A stretch of DNA of 64,000 nucleotides from Dehalococcoidia bacterium (GTDB lineage Bacteria; Chloroflexota; Dehalococcoidia; Bin125). The notes beneath the pieces were generated by a model. That model made no database searches. It was not told the origin of the DNA and saw only the letters and a list, made by a program, of their open reading frames with translations. The stretch covers positions 1,813,864-1,877,863 of the forward strand of contig OZ253456.1 of NCBI GenBank assembly GCA_965261225.1, written 5' to 3'. This document shows, one piece after another, positions 9,639 through 19,655 of this stretch. A program made the translations under genes and the position numbers. Position 1 is the stretch's first letter. The number at the start of each line of letters is the position of its first letter.

Positions 9639-10376
9639 ATGAGCGACCACGAGCAAGAGACCGCCGCCGAGCCGTTTGTCAACGAGATCGAGGTCCGCGG
9701 CCTGCTCGTGGGCGCGTTCCAGGAGAACTGCTGGGTCATCGGTAATCGCCACACCGGTGAGGCAATCTGCATCGATCCGGGCGATCAGGCCGATGACATC
9801 GTGCATATGGCCTCGGAGATGGGCGTCACGATCAAGTTGATCGCCAACTCCCACGCACATCTCGACCACGTGCTGGGCGTTCGTGGTGTGCAGTCGGACA
9901 GCAATGCCGAGTTTCTCCTGCATGAGGCTGACCTCGACATCCTGCAGGGCGCGGCGGAATCCGCTGCGCGATTCGGTATGGAAGTTGAGCAGCCTCCCGA
10001 CCCCGATCACTACATCGACGATGAGCAGAAGGTCGAAGTCGACGGCGTCGAGTTGCATGTGATTCACACTCCGGGGCACACGCGCGGATCGGTCTGCTTC
10101 TACGGGCATGGCGTGCTGTTCTCGGGCGACACGCTGTTCAAACAAAGCATTGGACGCACCGACCTGCCGGGTGGCGACTACAACCAGGAGATGTCGTCGA
10201 TTGTCGACAAGCTGCTGATGCTGCCCGACGAGACGATCGTGCTGCCTGGTCACATGGACCAGACCACCCTGGCCGCGGAGCGGGTGCAGAATCCCTTCAT
10301 CCTGCAAACGCTCGAACAGCGCGGGGCGCAGCCGGGCGAGCGTCGCACGCCGGGTGGGCTGAATCTTCCGAACTGA
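9639..10376 (+). CDS. MBL-fold metallo-hydrolase (glyoxalase II-like)
   Basis: SHAHLDH, HTPGHT.GS, FSGDTLF..SIGRTDLPGGD, LPGH; start at ATG just after the PAC2 stop. Confidence 0.92.
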   Translation: MSDHEQETAAEPFVNEIEVRGLLVGAFQENCWVIGNRHTGEAICIDPGDQADDIVHMASEMGVTIKLIANSHAHLDHVLGVRGVQSDSNAEFLLHEADLDILQGAAESAARFGMEVEQPPDPDHYIDDEQKVEVDGVELHVIHTPGHTRGSVCFYGHGVLFSGDTLFKQSIGRTDLPGGDYNQEMSSIVDKLLMLPDETIVLPGHMDQTTLAAERVQNPFILQTLEQRGAQPGERRTPGGLNLPN

Positions 10377-10408
10377 TCTCCCCAGAATTGAGTAACCGGA
10401 GGACAGGC

Positions 10409-10873
10409 ATGACGGACCGGGCAGCGACACTAACGGCGATGGCTGAGGCGAAGGCCGCGTTGGATGATCGGTTGAGCCGAATCGACGAGGCTCACGGATC
10501 GTGGGAGGGCGCGATTGGCCATTGGTCGGTGACGCAGTTGCTGCAACATCTGCACGGTTGGTTGACTGAAATGACCGCCGGCGTGGAGCGCATGAACGCC
10601 GGCCAGCGTCCAACGCCCAAGGGCGTTGACTACTCAGACCCCGATGACTGGAATCCCGGATTCGTCGCCGAGCGGGGCGAGCAAAGCTACGAAGAAGCGA
10701 GAGCGGCGTTCGACGCTGCGCACGCCGAGTTCGCTGGCGCCGTCGGCGAAGTCGATGCGGGTCGCTTCGGCGAAGGCAAGACGATCAATCGGATGGTCGA
10801 CGGTGTCGTTCTGGAACACTACCCAGAGCATGCCGAGGACATTGATCGATTCTTCGAACCCGCAGACCACTAA
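10409..10873 (+). CDS. DinB/ClbS-DfsB-like four-helix bundle protein
   Basis: GHWSVTQLLQHLHGW, EHYPEH; GGAGG RBS. Confidence 0.8.
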   Translation: MTDRAATLTAMAEAKAALDDRLSRIDEAHGSWEGAIGHWSVTQLLQHLHGWLTEMTAGVERMNAGQRPTPKGVDYSDPDDWNPGFVAERGEQSYEEARAAFDAAHAEFAGAVGEVDAGRFGEGKTINRMVDGVVLEHYPEHAEDIDRFFEPADH

Positions 10874-10967
10874 CGCCGGATAGCGCATGAGCGGCGGGCG
10901 GGCGATACTTGAACGAATCCGTTTGAGTCCCCTTGGCCTGAACCGCGGCCTGAGAAGAGAGTCCATC

Positions 10968-11438
10968 ATGAGCGATGACGAGAGTCTGATCACGCCCGCA
11001 ATGGAGGCCGCCATCGGTATTGAAGGCGAGCCACGGGAAGTGACCATCGACAAAGAGCTGGTGCTGCGCCTGATGCACGCACTGGACGAAGAAGACGAAG
11101 AGTTGATCGCCGCTGTCGAAGCGGGCGACGCGACGTATCCGATCCCGACCTACGCCCTACTCACGACCAGCACTTCGCAGCGCCAAATGTCCGTGCCCGA
11201 CGCTCCTGAGCGCGCGCTGATGGCGGCGGATGCGTGGGAGGTCAAGGCGGATATCCACCTCGGCGACACCATGACGATTGTGCCGCGACTGGCAGAGATC
11301 CAGGAGCGAATCGGCGGCCGGGTCGGACACTCGCTGTTTATTCATCACGAGTGGGTCTACACCAACCAGGACGATGTCGAAGTTGCTCGGGTGCGTCGCA
11401 CGGTGGCGCACTTCCAGGCGCGGCACACAGGGGAGTAA
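10968..11438 (+). CDS. MaoC-like hotdog protein (HadA-like N-terminal type)
   Basis: IGIEGEPREVTIDK, IHLGDTMT, EWVYTNQDD.EVAR. Confidence 0.8.
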   Translation: MSDDESLITPAMEAAIGIEGEPREVTIDKELVLRLMHALDEEDEELIAAVEAGDATYPIPTYALLTTSTSQRQMSVPDAPERALMAADAWEVKADIHLGDTMTIVPRLAEIQERIGGRVGHSLFIHHEWVYTNQDDVEVARVRRTVAHFQARHTGE

Positions 11439-11445
11439 CAGCACG

Positions 11446-11862
11446 ATGACTTTGGAATACGACGCCCTGAGCGAGGGCACAGAGCTCCCAAGCGAACAGC
11501 GCACGCCGACGACCGAACAGGTCATAGCGTTCTGTAACGCGACCGGCAACGGAGGACCGCAATTTCTCGATCCCGAGTTCGCAAAAGAGAAGATGGGCCT
11601 GCCCGGACCGATCATTCCGGGCAATATGAAGCAGGGCTTTCTCGATCAGTACCTGCGCCGGCATTTCGGACGCAATCAGATCACTCGCCTACAGCTCAAT
11701 CATCGCCGCCCAGATGTGCACAACGCCGAGATGACGCTCGGCGGCGAGATTACTCGCACCTACGAGGTTGACGGACGGCGGATGGCCGACCTTGAGATTC
11801 ACATCGACAATCCGCAGGGCGACCGCTCGGTGCGCGGCGCTGCATCGATCGCGTTCGACTAG
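11446..11862 (+). CDS. MaoC-like hotdog-fold protein
   Basis: EGTELP, QVIAFC.ATG...LDPEFAK..GLPGPIIPG, NPQGD.SVRG.A. Confidence 0.8.
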   Translation: MTLEYDALSEGTELPSEQRTPTTEQVIAFCNATGNGGPQFLDPEFAKEKMGLPGPIIPGNMKQGFLDQYLRRHFGRNQITRLQLNHRRPDVHNAEMTLGGEITRTYEVDGRRMADLEIHIDNPQGDRSVRGAASIAFD

Positions 11863-11876
11863 GTCGGACCAGTTTC

Positions 11877-12308
11877 GTGTCTCTGCCGCGTCTGATCGAT
11901 CTGGGTGAGCTGAGCGAAGCTGTCTCGCTGCCCGAGTACTCGGTCGCGCCCGACATCATGGACGTGGCCAAATTCATCGGCGCTGCGGGATTCGCGATTC
12001 CGATCTTTCTCGATCCCGTGGCCGCACGTCAGACAGGACTTGAGGGTCCGCTGATCCCGGCGGAGTACAAGTCGGCATTTCTGCTTGGATATCTTCGACG
12101 ACTGGTGAAACCGAACGGTAAGATCGTCCGTTTGCAATCAGGATTCCGGCGTCCCGACTATCACGGCAATCGTTTCACGATTAGCGGCCAGGTCACGCGA
12201 GTCGATGAGACCGAAGCCGGGCGCGAGGTAAATCTCGAGCTATGGATCGAGCAGGCGTCGGGCGACCGCAGCGTGCGATCATCGGCGGTGGTGTTTCTTC
12301 CGAGTTAG
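11877..12308 (+). CDS. MaoC-like hotdog-fold protein (paralog)
   Basis: FLDPVAARQTGLEGPLIP, FRRPDYHG, GDRSVRS; similar to the preceding gene. Confidence 0.75.
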   Translation: MSLPRLIDLGELSEAVSLPEYSVAPDIMDVAKFIGAAGFAIPIFLDPVAARQTGLEGPLIPAEYKSAFLLGYLRRLVKPNGKIVRLQSGFRRPDYHGNRFTISGQVTRVDETEAGREVNLELWIEQASGDRSVRSSAVVFLPS

Positions 12309-12364
12309 GAATCTTCTGATTAGCTGCCGTCGAAGATCGATCGCCCCCTTCAGCCTCGGTTCGT

Positions 12365-12455
12365 GAGGCTGTCTCAGAACTGCGAGATTCGTCATTCCCG
12401 CGGCGGAGCGTGGGTATGACGGAAGTTGGGGTCGGGCGACTTCTCAGACACGCTC
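12365..12455. mobile_element. Degenerate MITE-like shell enclosing a GTCATTCCCGC-type REP hairpin
   Basis: GAGGCTGTCTCAGAA (12365-12379) vs TTCTCAGACACGCTC (12441-12455), 12/15; inner CGTCATTCCCGCG...GCGTGGGTATGACG 12390-12421. Confidence 0.55.
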
Positions 12456-12538
12456 CTCAAGCCGGGGCCAGGCTTGCGGCAGCTTCACCTTCACCTGGGA
12501 GAGAAAGAGGACATTCAGAGCATTCTTCGGGCCAGCAG

Positions 12539-13906
12539 TCAGACGCCGCTGATAGTCATCCGCGACATTCGCAGTGTCGGCGCCGAGCTTGCGCCGAACC
12601 ATTGGACGTCGTTGCCGACGGCGTCGACCCGCTGGAACATCTCAAGCAGATTCCCAGAGATGTTGATTCCCTGCACCGGTTCGGCGAGTTCGCCGTTACG
12701 AATCCAGATGCCCGCCGCGCCGCGTGAGAAGTCTCCCGTGGTGTAGTTGATTCCAAATCCCATCAGCGTCGTCAGGTAGAGGCCGTCGCTGACTTCGGCA
12801 ATGATCTGCTCCGGGGGAGTATCGCCGGTTTCGATGGCGAGATTCCCGCTGCCGATCTGGGGCAGTCCACCGACGCTGCGCCAGGCCGAGCCGGTGCTGG
12901 ACGCGTTGAGTCGGCGGGCGTTGTAGGAGTCGAACAGGAAGCCGTGGAAGACGCCATGCTCAATCAGCGCGTTGCGACGCGTGACGACGCCTTCGCCGTC
13001 GAACGGACGCGAGCCGAGGCGGCTGGTCATCGTGGAGTCGTCAACAATCGTGAGCAGCGGCGACGCCACTTCGGTTTGTTTGAGGTCGGCGAGGAACGTG
13101 GCGCGTCGGTAGAGGGCCTCTCCATTTGCGGCGCCGGAGACGATACCGGCCAGGCCGGCCGCCATCCTCGGCTCCCAGACGACGGGCGCCTCGCAGGTCG
13201 ATGCCTTGGACGCGCCGAGCTGACGGAGGGTGCGAGCGGCCGCCTCGCGACCGACATCCTCGGGACTGTCCAGTCGGTGCAGGCTGCGCTCGGTGGTCGA
13301 CCAGCCGGCGTTGCGCAGCTGTCCGTCTTCCTCTTGCGCCATCACCTCGACCCACATCGATGCGCCGGTGTCGGCGTAGGTCCCGGCGAATCCGTTGGAA
13401 TCGACCAGTGCGAAGTTGCTGACGCTCGTGCTGAAGGTTGCTCCGCCGCTGTTCACGATTCGCTCGTCGGCGTCGAGCGCCGATTGCTCGCAAACCATGG
13501 CCTGCGCCAGTCGATGGTCGCCGTCGACTTCGGGAATCTGCTCGTCGAACAGGCCCAATTGAGGAACGTTGCGGGCTTGGTCCCTCGGATCGGCGAGGCC
13601 GGCGAATGGATCTGGTTCTGAAACCCGCGCCAATTCGAGAGCAGTCTGGACGGTCTCGGCGAGCGCTGTGTCGCTGATGTCACTGGTCGACACGGTGGCC
13701 TGTCGTCCACCGAGGATGACCCGCAGTCCAACCGAACGCGACGTTGACTCGGAGACCTTTTCGATCTGTTGCTTGCGGACGGTTGTGGACGCATTGGTCG
13801 AGCTGGCCGCGACTGCGTCGGCCTGGTCGGCGCCTGCGGCCTTTGCGAGTTCCAGCAGTCGTGCTGCGATCTCGAGAGGCTGCGTGGAGAGTGTCGGCTG
13901 CGCCAT
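12539..13906 (-). CDS. pmbA: TldE/PmbA family protein
   Basis: SRPFDGEGV, GINYTTGDFSRGAAG, INISGNL, APTLR; coupled to tldD. Confidence 0.93.
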   Translation of the reverse strand: MAQPTLSTQPLEIAARLLELAKAAGADQADAVAASSTNASTTVRKQQIEKVSESTSRSVGLRVILGGRQATVSTSDISDTALAETVQTALELARVSEPDPFAGLADPRDQARNVPQLGLFDEQIPEVDGDHRLAQAMVCEQSALDADERIVNSGGATFSTSVSNFALVDSNGFAGTYADTGASMWVEVMAQEEDGQLRNAGWSTTERSLHRLDSPEDVGREAAARTLRQLGASKASTCEAPVVWEPRMAAGLAGIVSGAANGEALYRRATFLADLKQTEVASPLLTIVDDSTMTSRLGSRPFDGEGVVTRRNALIEHGVFHGFLFDSYNARRLNASSTGSAWRSVGGLPQIGSGNLAIETGDTPPEQIIAEVSDGLYLTTLMGFGINYTTGDFSRGAAGIWIRNGELAEPVQGINISGNLLEMFQRVDAVGNDVQWFGASSAPTLRMSRMTISGV

Positions 13907-15372
13907 TATGCCGACATCCCAGCGCCCGGCCGCATCTGCGTGCCGCCGACGGTGATGCCTGAAACGAGCACGGTTGGAATGCCCACGCCGACCGGCACCG
14001 ACTGGCCCGATTTGCCGCAGGTCCAGCGACCATCGGACATTTCCAGATCGTGTCCAACGCCGGTGACCTTGGACAGGACGTCAGGGCCATTGCCGATCAG
14101 GTTGACGTCTCGAATCGGCGCAGTGATCTGGCCGTTCTCGATCAGGTAGCCCTCGGTGACCGAGAAGACAAAGTCTCCGTTGGTGATGTTCACCTGTCCG
14201 CCGCTGAATGCCTTGCAGTAGATGCCGAAATCGACGCGTCGGATCAGGTCTTCCGGCTCGTCCTCGCCGGCGGTCATGTAGGTGTTGGTCATCCGCGGCA
14301 TCGGCGCGTGGCGAAACGACTGGCGCCGTCCGTTGCCCGATGGCGTGACGCCGAAGTGGTCGGACGAGATTCGGTCCTGCATGTAGGCGGCGAGTTGTCC
14401 ATTCTCGATCAGCAGGTTGTGTCCGGCGTTTTCTCCCTCGTCATCAATGTTGACCGAGCCTCGCGACAGGTTGAGCGTTGCGTCGTCGATCACCGTGACA
14501 AGGTCCGAGGCGACCGAGTGTCCGATTCGATTCGAGTAGTTGGAGGTCTCCTTGCGGTTAAAGTCAGCCTCGAGCCCGTGTCCAACCGCCTCATGCAGAA
14601 GGATTCCGGAGTCGCCGGCGGCCAGCACGACGGGGAATGTTCCAGCCGGCGCCTCGCGCGCCTCCTGCTGTAGTACCGCCTGACGGGCGGCCTCTTCGGC
14701 CAGCGATTCCGGCGAGTGTTCGTCGAAATATGCCATGCCCATGCGTCCGCCGCCGCCCCAACGGGCATTGCGGCGTTGACCGTCGAGCTCGGAGAGACAT
14801 GAGACGTTGAATCGGAGCAGGGGCTGGTAATCGGCGACCAGGCGCCCATCGCTGCGGACGATCAGGACCCGCTTCTCCTCGTCGACCATGGACGCGTCGA
14901 CGCGGGTGATGCTCGAATTCCAGGCGCGTGCCGCACCATCGGCGCGGCGCAGGAGCTCGACCTTCTCGGCGAGCGGCGTTGACGTGCTCGGCGAAGCGAT
15001 GGCGTAGCGGTCGGCGGGATACGACTCGGCCGTGACATCCACCGGATCAGCATCTGTCGTTCCATGCGCAATCTGCGCAGCAGTGGCTGCGGCTCGGCGC
15101 ATGGCGTCGAGCGAGAGGTCTTCGGTGTAGGCGTAGCCGATCGCGTCACCCTCGACGACGCGAATGCCCACGCCCTGCGAGAGCGACGCCTGCGTCGACT
15201 TGACCTGCTGGTCCTCGAAGCTGAGCGAGCCGGAGCGTTTGTGCTCGAAGTAGAGCTCGGCGAACGATTCGCCACGTCCGAGGGCTGAGTCCAGCACGGA
15301 TTCAGCCGCCGCTTCATCGACACCGAGTTGGTTGGCATAGAAGCCGATCACGTCGGCTGGCGTATCGCTCAT
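13906..15372 (-). CDS. tldD: TldD metalloprotease
   Basis: GILLHEAVGHGLEADFNRK, PMPRMTNTYM, CGKSGQSVPVGVGIPT. Confidence 0.96.
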   Translation of the reverse strand: MSDTPADVIGFYANQLGVDEAAAESVLDSALGRGESFAELYFEHKRSGSLSFEDQQVKSTQASLSQGVGIRVVEGDAIGYAYTEDLSLDAMRRAAATAAQIAHGTTDADPVDVTAESYPADRYAIASPSTSTPLAEKVELLRRADGAARAWNSSITRVDASMVDEEKRVLIVRSDGRLVADYQPLLRFNVSCLSELDGQRRNARWGGGGRMGMAYFDEHSPESLAEEAARQAVLQQEAREAPAGTFPVVLAAGDSGILLHEAVGHGLEADFNRKETSNYSNRIGHSVASDLVTVIDDATLNLSRGSVNIDDEGENAGHNLLIENGQLAAYMQDRISSDHFGVTPSGNGRRQSFRHAPMPRMTNTYMTAGEDEPEDLIRRVDFGIYCKAFSGGQVNITNGDFVFSVTEGYLIENGQITAPIRDVNLIGNGPDVLSKVTGVGHDLEMSDGRWTCGKSGQSVPVGVGIPTVLVSGITVGGTQMRPGAGMSA

Positions 15373-15436
15373 GGGAATGCCTCTCCAATGGGTTAGGCGG
15401 GCCTCATGCAGTCATCATGCAGGCATTATGCAGGCA

Positions 15437-16621
15437 CTATGAAGGAAGGGCGCCGTTCGCGCGGAGCTCTGCAATGTCCCCAACGCTATAGCCGCATTCG
15501 GCCAGAATCGAGTCGGCGTCGGCATTGAGTTCCGGGGCGCGTCCCTGGATGGCTCCGGGAGTGGCGGAGAAACTCCAGGGCAAGCCGGTGACGCGACGAG
15601 TTCCGAAGCGGGGGTCGGGGATCTCGGCCAGGTAGCCGTTCTCCCAGACCTGTTGCGACGCCTCGACGTCGGCATAGCTGTTGACCGGCGCGGAGGGAAT
15701 GTCAGCATCGCGTAGGCGTCGCAGCCATTCGTCGCGGTCGGCTGTGGCGAAAGAGTCTTCGAGCAGCGCCTCGAGATCGGCGGTGTGCTTGAGTCTTGCC
15801 TGGGCAGTGGCGAAGCGCGCGTCGGATTCCCACTCCGGATGGCCCATGAGGTCACACAGCGCACGCCAGTTCTTGGGATCGACAACGCCGATCACCAGCC
15901 AGCGTCCGTCGGAGGTCTGATAGAAGGTGAACGTGGGCATCCGTCTGCGCGTCATATGCGGCTGCACGCCATTCTTGAGGAACCCGGTGAAGTAGACAGA
16001 CTGCAGGGCGATTTGCGATCCGAGCAGCGAGACGTCAACCTGCTGTCCCTGTCCCGAGTCTTTGGCGGCAATCAGCCCGGCCAGCATCGCGATACAGGCC
16101 TGCATCGCGCCGACCTGATCGGCGAATCCACCGGGAAGTGTGCGCGGCTCGGCTGCGTCGCCGAGCGCCTGCAGGGTCATGACACCGCCGGTGGCCTGGC
16201 CGATGACGTCGTAGCCCGGCTCCCCGGCCTGTGGGCCGCTGGCCCCGAACGCGGAGGCGGAGACCATGACAATCCGCGGATTACGTGCCTTGAGTGCGTC
16301 GTAGCTGAGACCGAGCCTGTCCATCACACCTGGCCGGTAGTTGTCGATCACGCCGTCGCACTGCTCGGCCATTCGCAGGGCGGCGTCGACCGCCGCTTGT
16401 TCTCGCAAGTTCAGGACGAGTGAGCGTTTGCCCCGGTCGTACGCTTCGAAGTAGCGGGAAAAGCCGTCCGCCGACAGATCGGAGCCTCGGCCTGGGTCTC
16501 CACCCGGCGGCTCGACCTTCCAGATCTCTGCGCCCAGGTCGGAGAGCAGCACCGTTGCGTACGGACCCTGCTGATAGCGGGTGAAATCGAGGATACGATA
16601 GCCGTCCAGAGGTCCCTGCAT
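15437..16621 (-). CDS. Class III CoA-transferase (CaiB/BaiF)
   Basis: GPLDGYRILD...GPY...LSDLGAEIWKVEPP.GD, RGKRS, NYRPGVMDRLGL. Confidence 0.93.
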   Translation of the reverse strand: MQGPLDGYRILDFTRYQQGPYATVLLSDLGAEIWKVEPPGGDPGRGSDLSADGFSRYFEAYDRGKRSLVLNLREQAAVDAALRMAEQCDGVIDNYRPGVMDRLGLSYDALKARNPRIVMVSASAFGASGPQAGEPGYDVIGQATGGVMTLQALGDAAEPRTLPGGFADQVGAMQACIAMLAGLIAAKDSGQGQQVDVSLLGSQIALQSVYFTGFLKNGVQPHMTRRRMPTFTFYQTSDGRWLVIGVVDPKNWRALCDLMGHPEWESDARFATAQARLKHTADLEALLEDSFATADRDEWLRRLRDADIPSAPVNSYADVEASQQVWENGYLAEIPDPRFGTRRVTGLPWSFSATPGAIQGRAPELNADADSILAECGYSVGDIAELRANGALPS

Positions 16622-16675
16622 ACTTCTGCCTTGCTGCCTCGCGCGAGAGCTTCGGGGGCAGGATACCGTTGCTCC

Positions 16676-16939
16676 ATGCCGCCACGTGTTCGCCTGACTC
16701 CGGAGGAATCGGCCCGCTTGACGTCCCTACTGGCAGGCGTCGTTGACTTGCGCTCCTCGTTTCCCAGCGAGGCCGAAGCACCGATTCAGGTCGCGTGGAT
16801 CCGAGAACAATACACCGGCGATGAGCCTCTGACGTTGAACTTGACCACGCTGTTGTTGTTCGAGCATGGCGTGCATCGGTCGGTGGACCAGGTTTCACGA
16901 GACCTCGCTATCCTGCCCGAGGAACCAGAATTCAAGTAA
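16676..16939 (+). CDS. Small hypothetical protein
   Basis: ATG 16676 preceded by TACCGT; globular composition; co-oriented with next gene. Confidence 0.6.
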   Translation: MPPRVRLTPEESARLTSLLAGVVDLRSSFPSEAEAPIQVAWIREQYTGDEPLTLNLTTLLLFEHGVHRSVDQVSRDLAILPEEPEFK

Positions 16940-16954
16940 CCGGAAGGAACCGAC

Positions 16955-17347
16955 ATGGCAATTGACGCAGCGGACACCCTGGAAATCCTGCAACTGGCAG
17001 CACGCTACAACTTTGCGATCGACTACGGCGACCCCGAGGCGTGGGCCGGCACCTTCGCCGAGGACGGCGTCTTCAACGGCGGTCCGAAGCCCGTGACAGG
17101 CCACGAAGCATTGGCGCAGTTTGCGGCCGGCTTCGGAACCAACATGGCCGGCGCGCGGCACTGGACGAATAACCATGTCGTTGACATCAACGGCGACGAA
17201 GCGACGCACTCTTGCTACTTGAACCTCGTCCAGACCAAGGACGGCAGTGCCAGCATCGTGTCCGGTCGCTACGACGACACCTTGAAGAAGATCGACGACC
17301 AGTGGCGCTTCACGACTCGTAGTGTGACGCCCGACCCCAAGGACTAG
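16955..17347 (+). CDS. SnoaL/NTF2-like protein
   Basis: EILQLAARYNFAID.GD...WAGTFAEDG, RHWTNN, GRYDDTL...WRF. Confidence 0.9.
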   Translation: MAIDAADTLEILQLAARYNFAIDYGDPEAWAGTFAEDGVFNGGPKPVTGHEALAQFAAGFGTNMAGARHWTNNHVVDINGDEATHSCYLNLVQTKDGSASIVSGRYDDTLKKIDDQWRFTTRSVTPDPKD

Positions 17348-17363
17348 TTCCGCCCCTGGCGCG

Positions 17364-17430
17364 GACACACCACAACGCGCCCTTCGCGTTCACGCAGCAG
17401 TGCGAACGCGGGGGGCGCGTTTGGCGTGTC
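17364..17430. terminator. Long stem-loop between convergent genes (probable bidirectional terminator)
   Basis: AACGCGCCCTTCGCGTTCACGC-agca-GTGCGAACGCGGGGGGCGCGTT. Confidence 0.7.
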
Positions 17431-17444
17431 TGTGATCTTCGCTG

Positions 17445-18662
17445 CTATTGCTCAAGCATGTCGGGGTTGGAGCCTGTGCTGGCGCCTTCTTCTCCCATGA
17501 GGTCACTGGGGGTGTCGGTGGCTGGGGTGTCGGTGGCTGGAGTCTCGGGGGTCACTTCCACTTGCGCGACTGTGTCGGTCACGCCACCGACGGTCACGCC
17601 ACCGACGGTCACGCCACCGACGGACACGTCGCCGTTGTAACCGACCGGCACGAGTAGCACGTCGCCGATAAAGATCAGGTTCGGATCGGCGATGCCATTG
17701 AGCGCCATGATCGCGTCCATCGTCGTGTTGTTGGCGACGGCGATCGCTACCAGGCTGTCGCCTTCCTCGATCGAAACCGGCGCGATCGTGTGCCAGTTCA
17801 TGAGGTCGTCGGTCAACGGTGGAGCGTCGGTTGCCGCTGCGGTGATGGCAACAGAGCCCTCTTCGTTGGCAACCGTGGCACTCTCGGTCGTCTCGGCCGG
17901 AGCGGTCTCGATGATCTCCTCGGTGAAGCCAATGGGGATCATGAGTTGTTGCCCGATGCTCAGCGTCTCTGGATCAGTGATGCCGTTCAGCGTGGCAATC
18001 GCAGAGATCGTGGTGCCATAGTTCTGGGCAATCAGCCAGAGCGTCTCACCCGGTAGCACCTGGATCGTTTCGATCTCAGTCCAGGCAGCGAGGCGAGCGG
18101 CGGGCTCGAGCGATGAGAGATCGACTGCTGGCGTTGCCGTAGCGGCGGCCTGCTGATTAGCAGTGGTACCAGTCGCGGCTTCAGCTGAGGTCGCAACTGC
18201 GGCGGTCGGCGTTGAGGTCACGGACGAAGGCGTTGCCGTCCTGGCAGCGACGGTCGCTTTCACCGGCGAGGCCGTTGCGGCCTGACCTTGCCGCGTCACC
18301 GTCTCGGCCGGGGTCGTGGTGACCCTCGTGACGGTCGGAGCGGGCTCCGTGTCACTCCCGAAGAGTTGCCAGGCGATGATGCCAGCAACGGCAGCGGGTA
18401 TGATGATCGCCAGACTGATGGCGGTCCACGCCCGACGACGCGTCGCGCTCATGTCTGGTTCGCCACCGTCGACCAGCGCCTCATCGGTGCCGGGCACGAA
18501 TTCGTATGTGGCGCCAAAGGGCGAGGCCGGTTCGGCCATCACCTGATCGACGTCACTCTCCGCCATTGGCGGATTGAATGGCGATTCGGCTCGCTGTGGG
18601 TCGGATGGTTGGGCCGCGTGAGGCTTAAAAGAACCCGACGAGGCCGCTTCCTGCAGGGACAT
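17445..18662 (-). CDS. Membrane-anchored protein with two LysM domains
   Basis: TM AISLAIIIPAAVAGIIAW; VLPGETLWLIAQNYGTT..LNGI and IEEGDSLVAIA..NNTT..LNGI; Thr/Ala linkers. Confidence 0.88.
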   Translation of the reverse strand: MSLQEAASSGSFKPHAAQPSDPQRAESPFNPPMAESDVDQVMAEPASPFGATYEFVPGTDEALVDGGEPDMSATRRRAWTAISLAIIIPAAVAGIIAWQLFGSDTEPAPTVTRVTTTPAETVTRQGQAATASPVKATVAARTATPSSVTSTPTAAVATSAEAATGTTANQQAAATATPAVDLSSLEPAARLAAWTEIETIQVLPGETLWLIAQNYGTTISAIATLNGITDPETLSIGQQLMIPIGFTEEIIETAPAETTESATVANEEGSVAITAAATDAPPLTDDLMNWHTIAPVSIEEGDSLVAIAVANNTTMDAIMALNGIADPNLIFIGDVLLVPVGYNGDVSVGGVTVGGVTVGGVTDTVAQVEVTPETPATDTPATDTPSDLMGEEGASTGSNPDMLEQ

Positions 18663-18714
18663 CCCGGTCTCCCAACCGAGTCACCCCGCCGCATAGTGCC
18701 CGAAGGCATGTCGC

Positions 18715-19503
18715 TTAGCGGAACCTGGCCGGGCGCTTCTCAAGAAACGCCGAGATTGCTTCCGCATGCTCTGGTGTCTGCATCGCCCACTCTAGCGCCT
18801 CGCCTTCGCGCTGTTGAACCAGCCCAATATTCGTTTCCAGCTGATTTTGCGAAAACAGCGATTTCACGCGTCGCATGATCGAGTCGGGATTTTCCGCCAG
18901 CTCTTCACCTAGCGCGACAGCGCGATCAAGCAGCTCGTCGTCGGGCGCCACGTCGCGGACCAGTCCCGCTTCCAGGGCTTCCTGTGCGCCGACAAAGCGA
19001 CCGGTCAGGCACCAGTCAAGCGCGCGACCGACGCCGACGAGACGAGGCAGCAAAGTGGTGGACGCCGCCTCGGGCAATAATCCCATCTTGACGAAGCGGA
19101 AACCAAACTGAGCGCTCTCGCCGGCGATGCGGAAGTCAAATGGCAGGACCGTGGTCACGCCCACGCCCACGGCGTAGCCGTGAACCGCTGCGATGATTGG
19201 TTTGCTCGCGTTGCAGAAATCGACCCAGGTCTCGTCGTGTTCGTCGGCCTCGCCGGCGCGGCGCGAGGCTTCTCCGGTATTCACATCGGCTTGCTGCTGT
19301 TGCAGATCCAGGCCGGCGCAATAGGCGCGACCGTTCCCGGCGAAGACGATGGCGGCAACATCCGGGTTGTTGTTGAAGTTGGCGACTGCGTCCTTCTCTT
19401 CGGCCGCCATCGCGCGGCTCCAGGCGTTCAGCTTCTCGGGACGGTTCTTGCGGATGATGCCAACCGCTCCGCGCTGTTCAACTTCAATCAGTTCGTACGT
19501 CAT
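18715..19503 (-). CDS. Enoyl-CoA hydratase/isomerase family protein
   Basis: NRPEKLNA, AYCAGLDL, KPIIAAVHGYAVGVG, GLLPEAAS. Confidence 0.93.
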   Translation of the reverse strand: MTYELIEVEQRGAVGIIRKNRPEKLNAWSRAMAAEEKDAVANFNNNPDVAAIVFAGNGRAYCAGLDLQQQQADVNTGEASRRAGEADEHDETWVDFCNASKPIIAAVHGYAVGVGVTTVLPFDFRIAGESAQFGFRFVKMGLLPEAASTTLLPRLVGVGRALDWCLTGRFVGAQEALEAGLVRDVAPDDELLDRAVALGEELAENPDSIMRRVKSLFSQNQLETNIGLVQQREGEALEWAMQTPEHAEAISAFLEKRPARFR

Positions 19504-19655
19504 GAGAGGTCTGCTCCTGTTTCACAATGTGCGACATCTGGTCGAGGTCAGCCGGCGCTTATGCCAACGGCCGTTTTACGTCACCTTCAAGGAAGTTATC
19601 ACTCCCTTGACATTGGACGACCTTGCATCGTCCCTGGTCGTGCATAGAGTGACAT

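Noticed and set aside
12539-15372. tldD/tldE as part of a RiPP cluster
   Set aside because: No precursor peptide, YcaO or radical SAM gene nearby; ordinary housekeeping pair
19606-19633. Perfect TTGACA and a GGACGA/TCGTCC palindrome as promoter/operator
   Set aside because: No -10 at proper spacing from TTGACA, and a 6-bp palindrome is expected by chance
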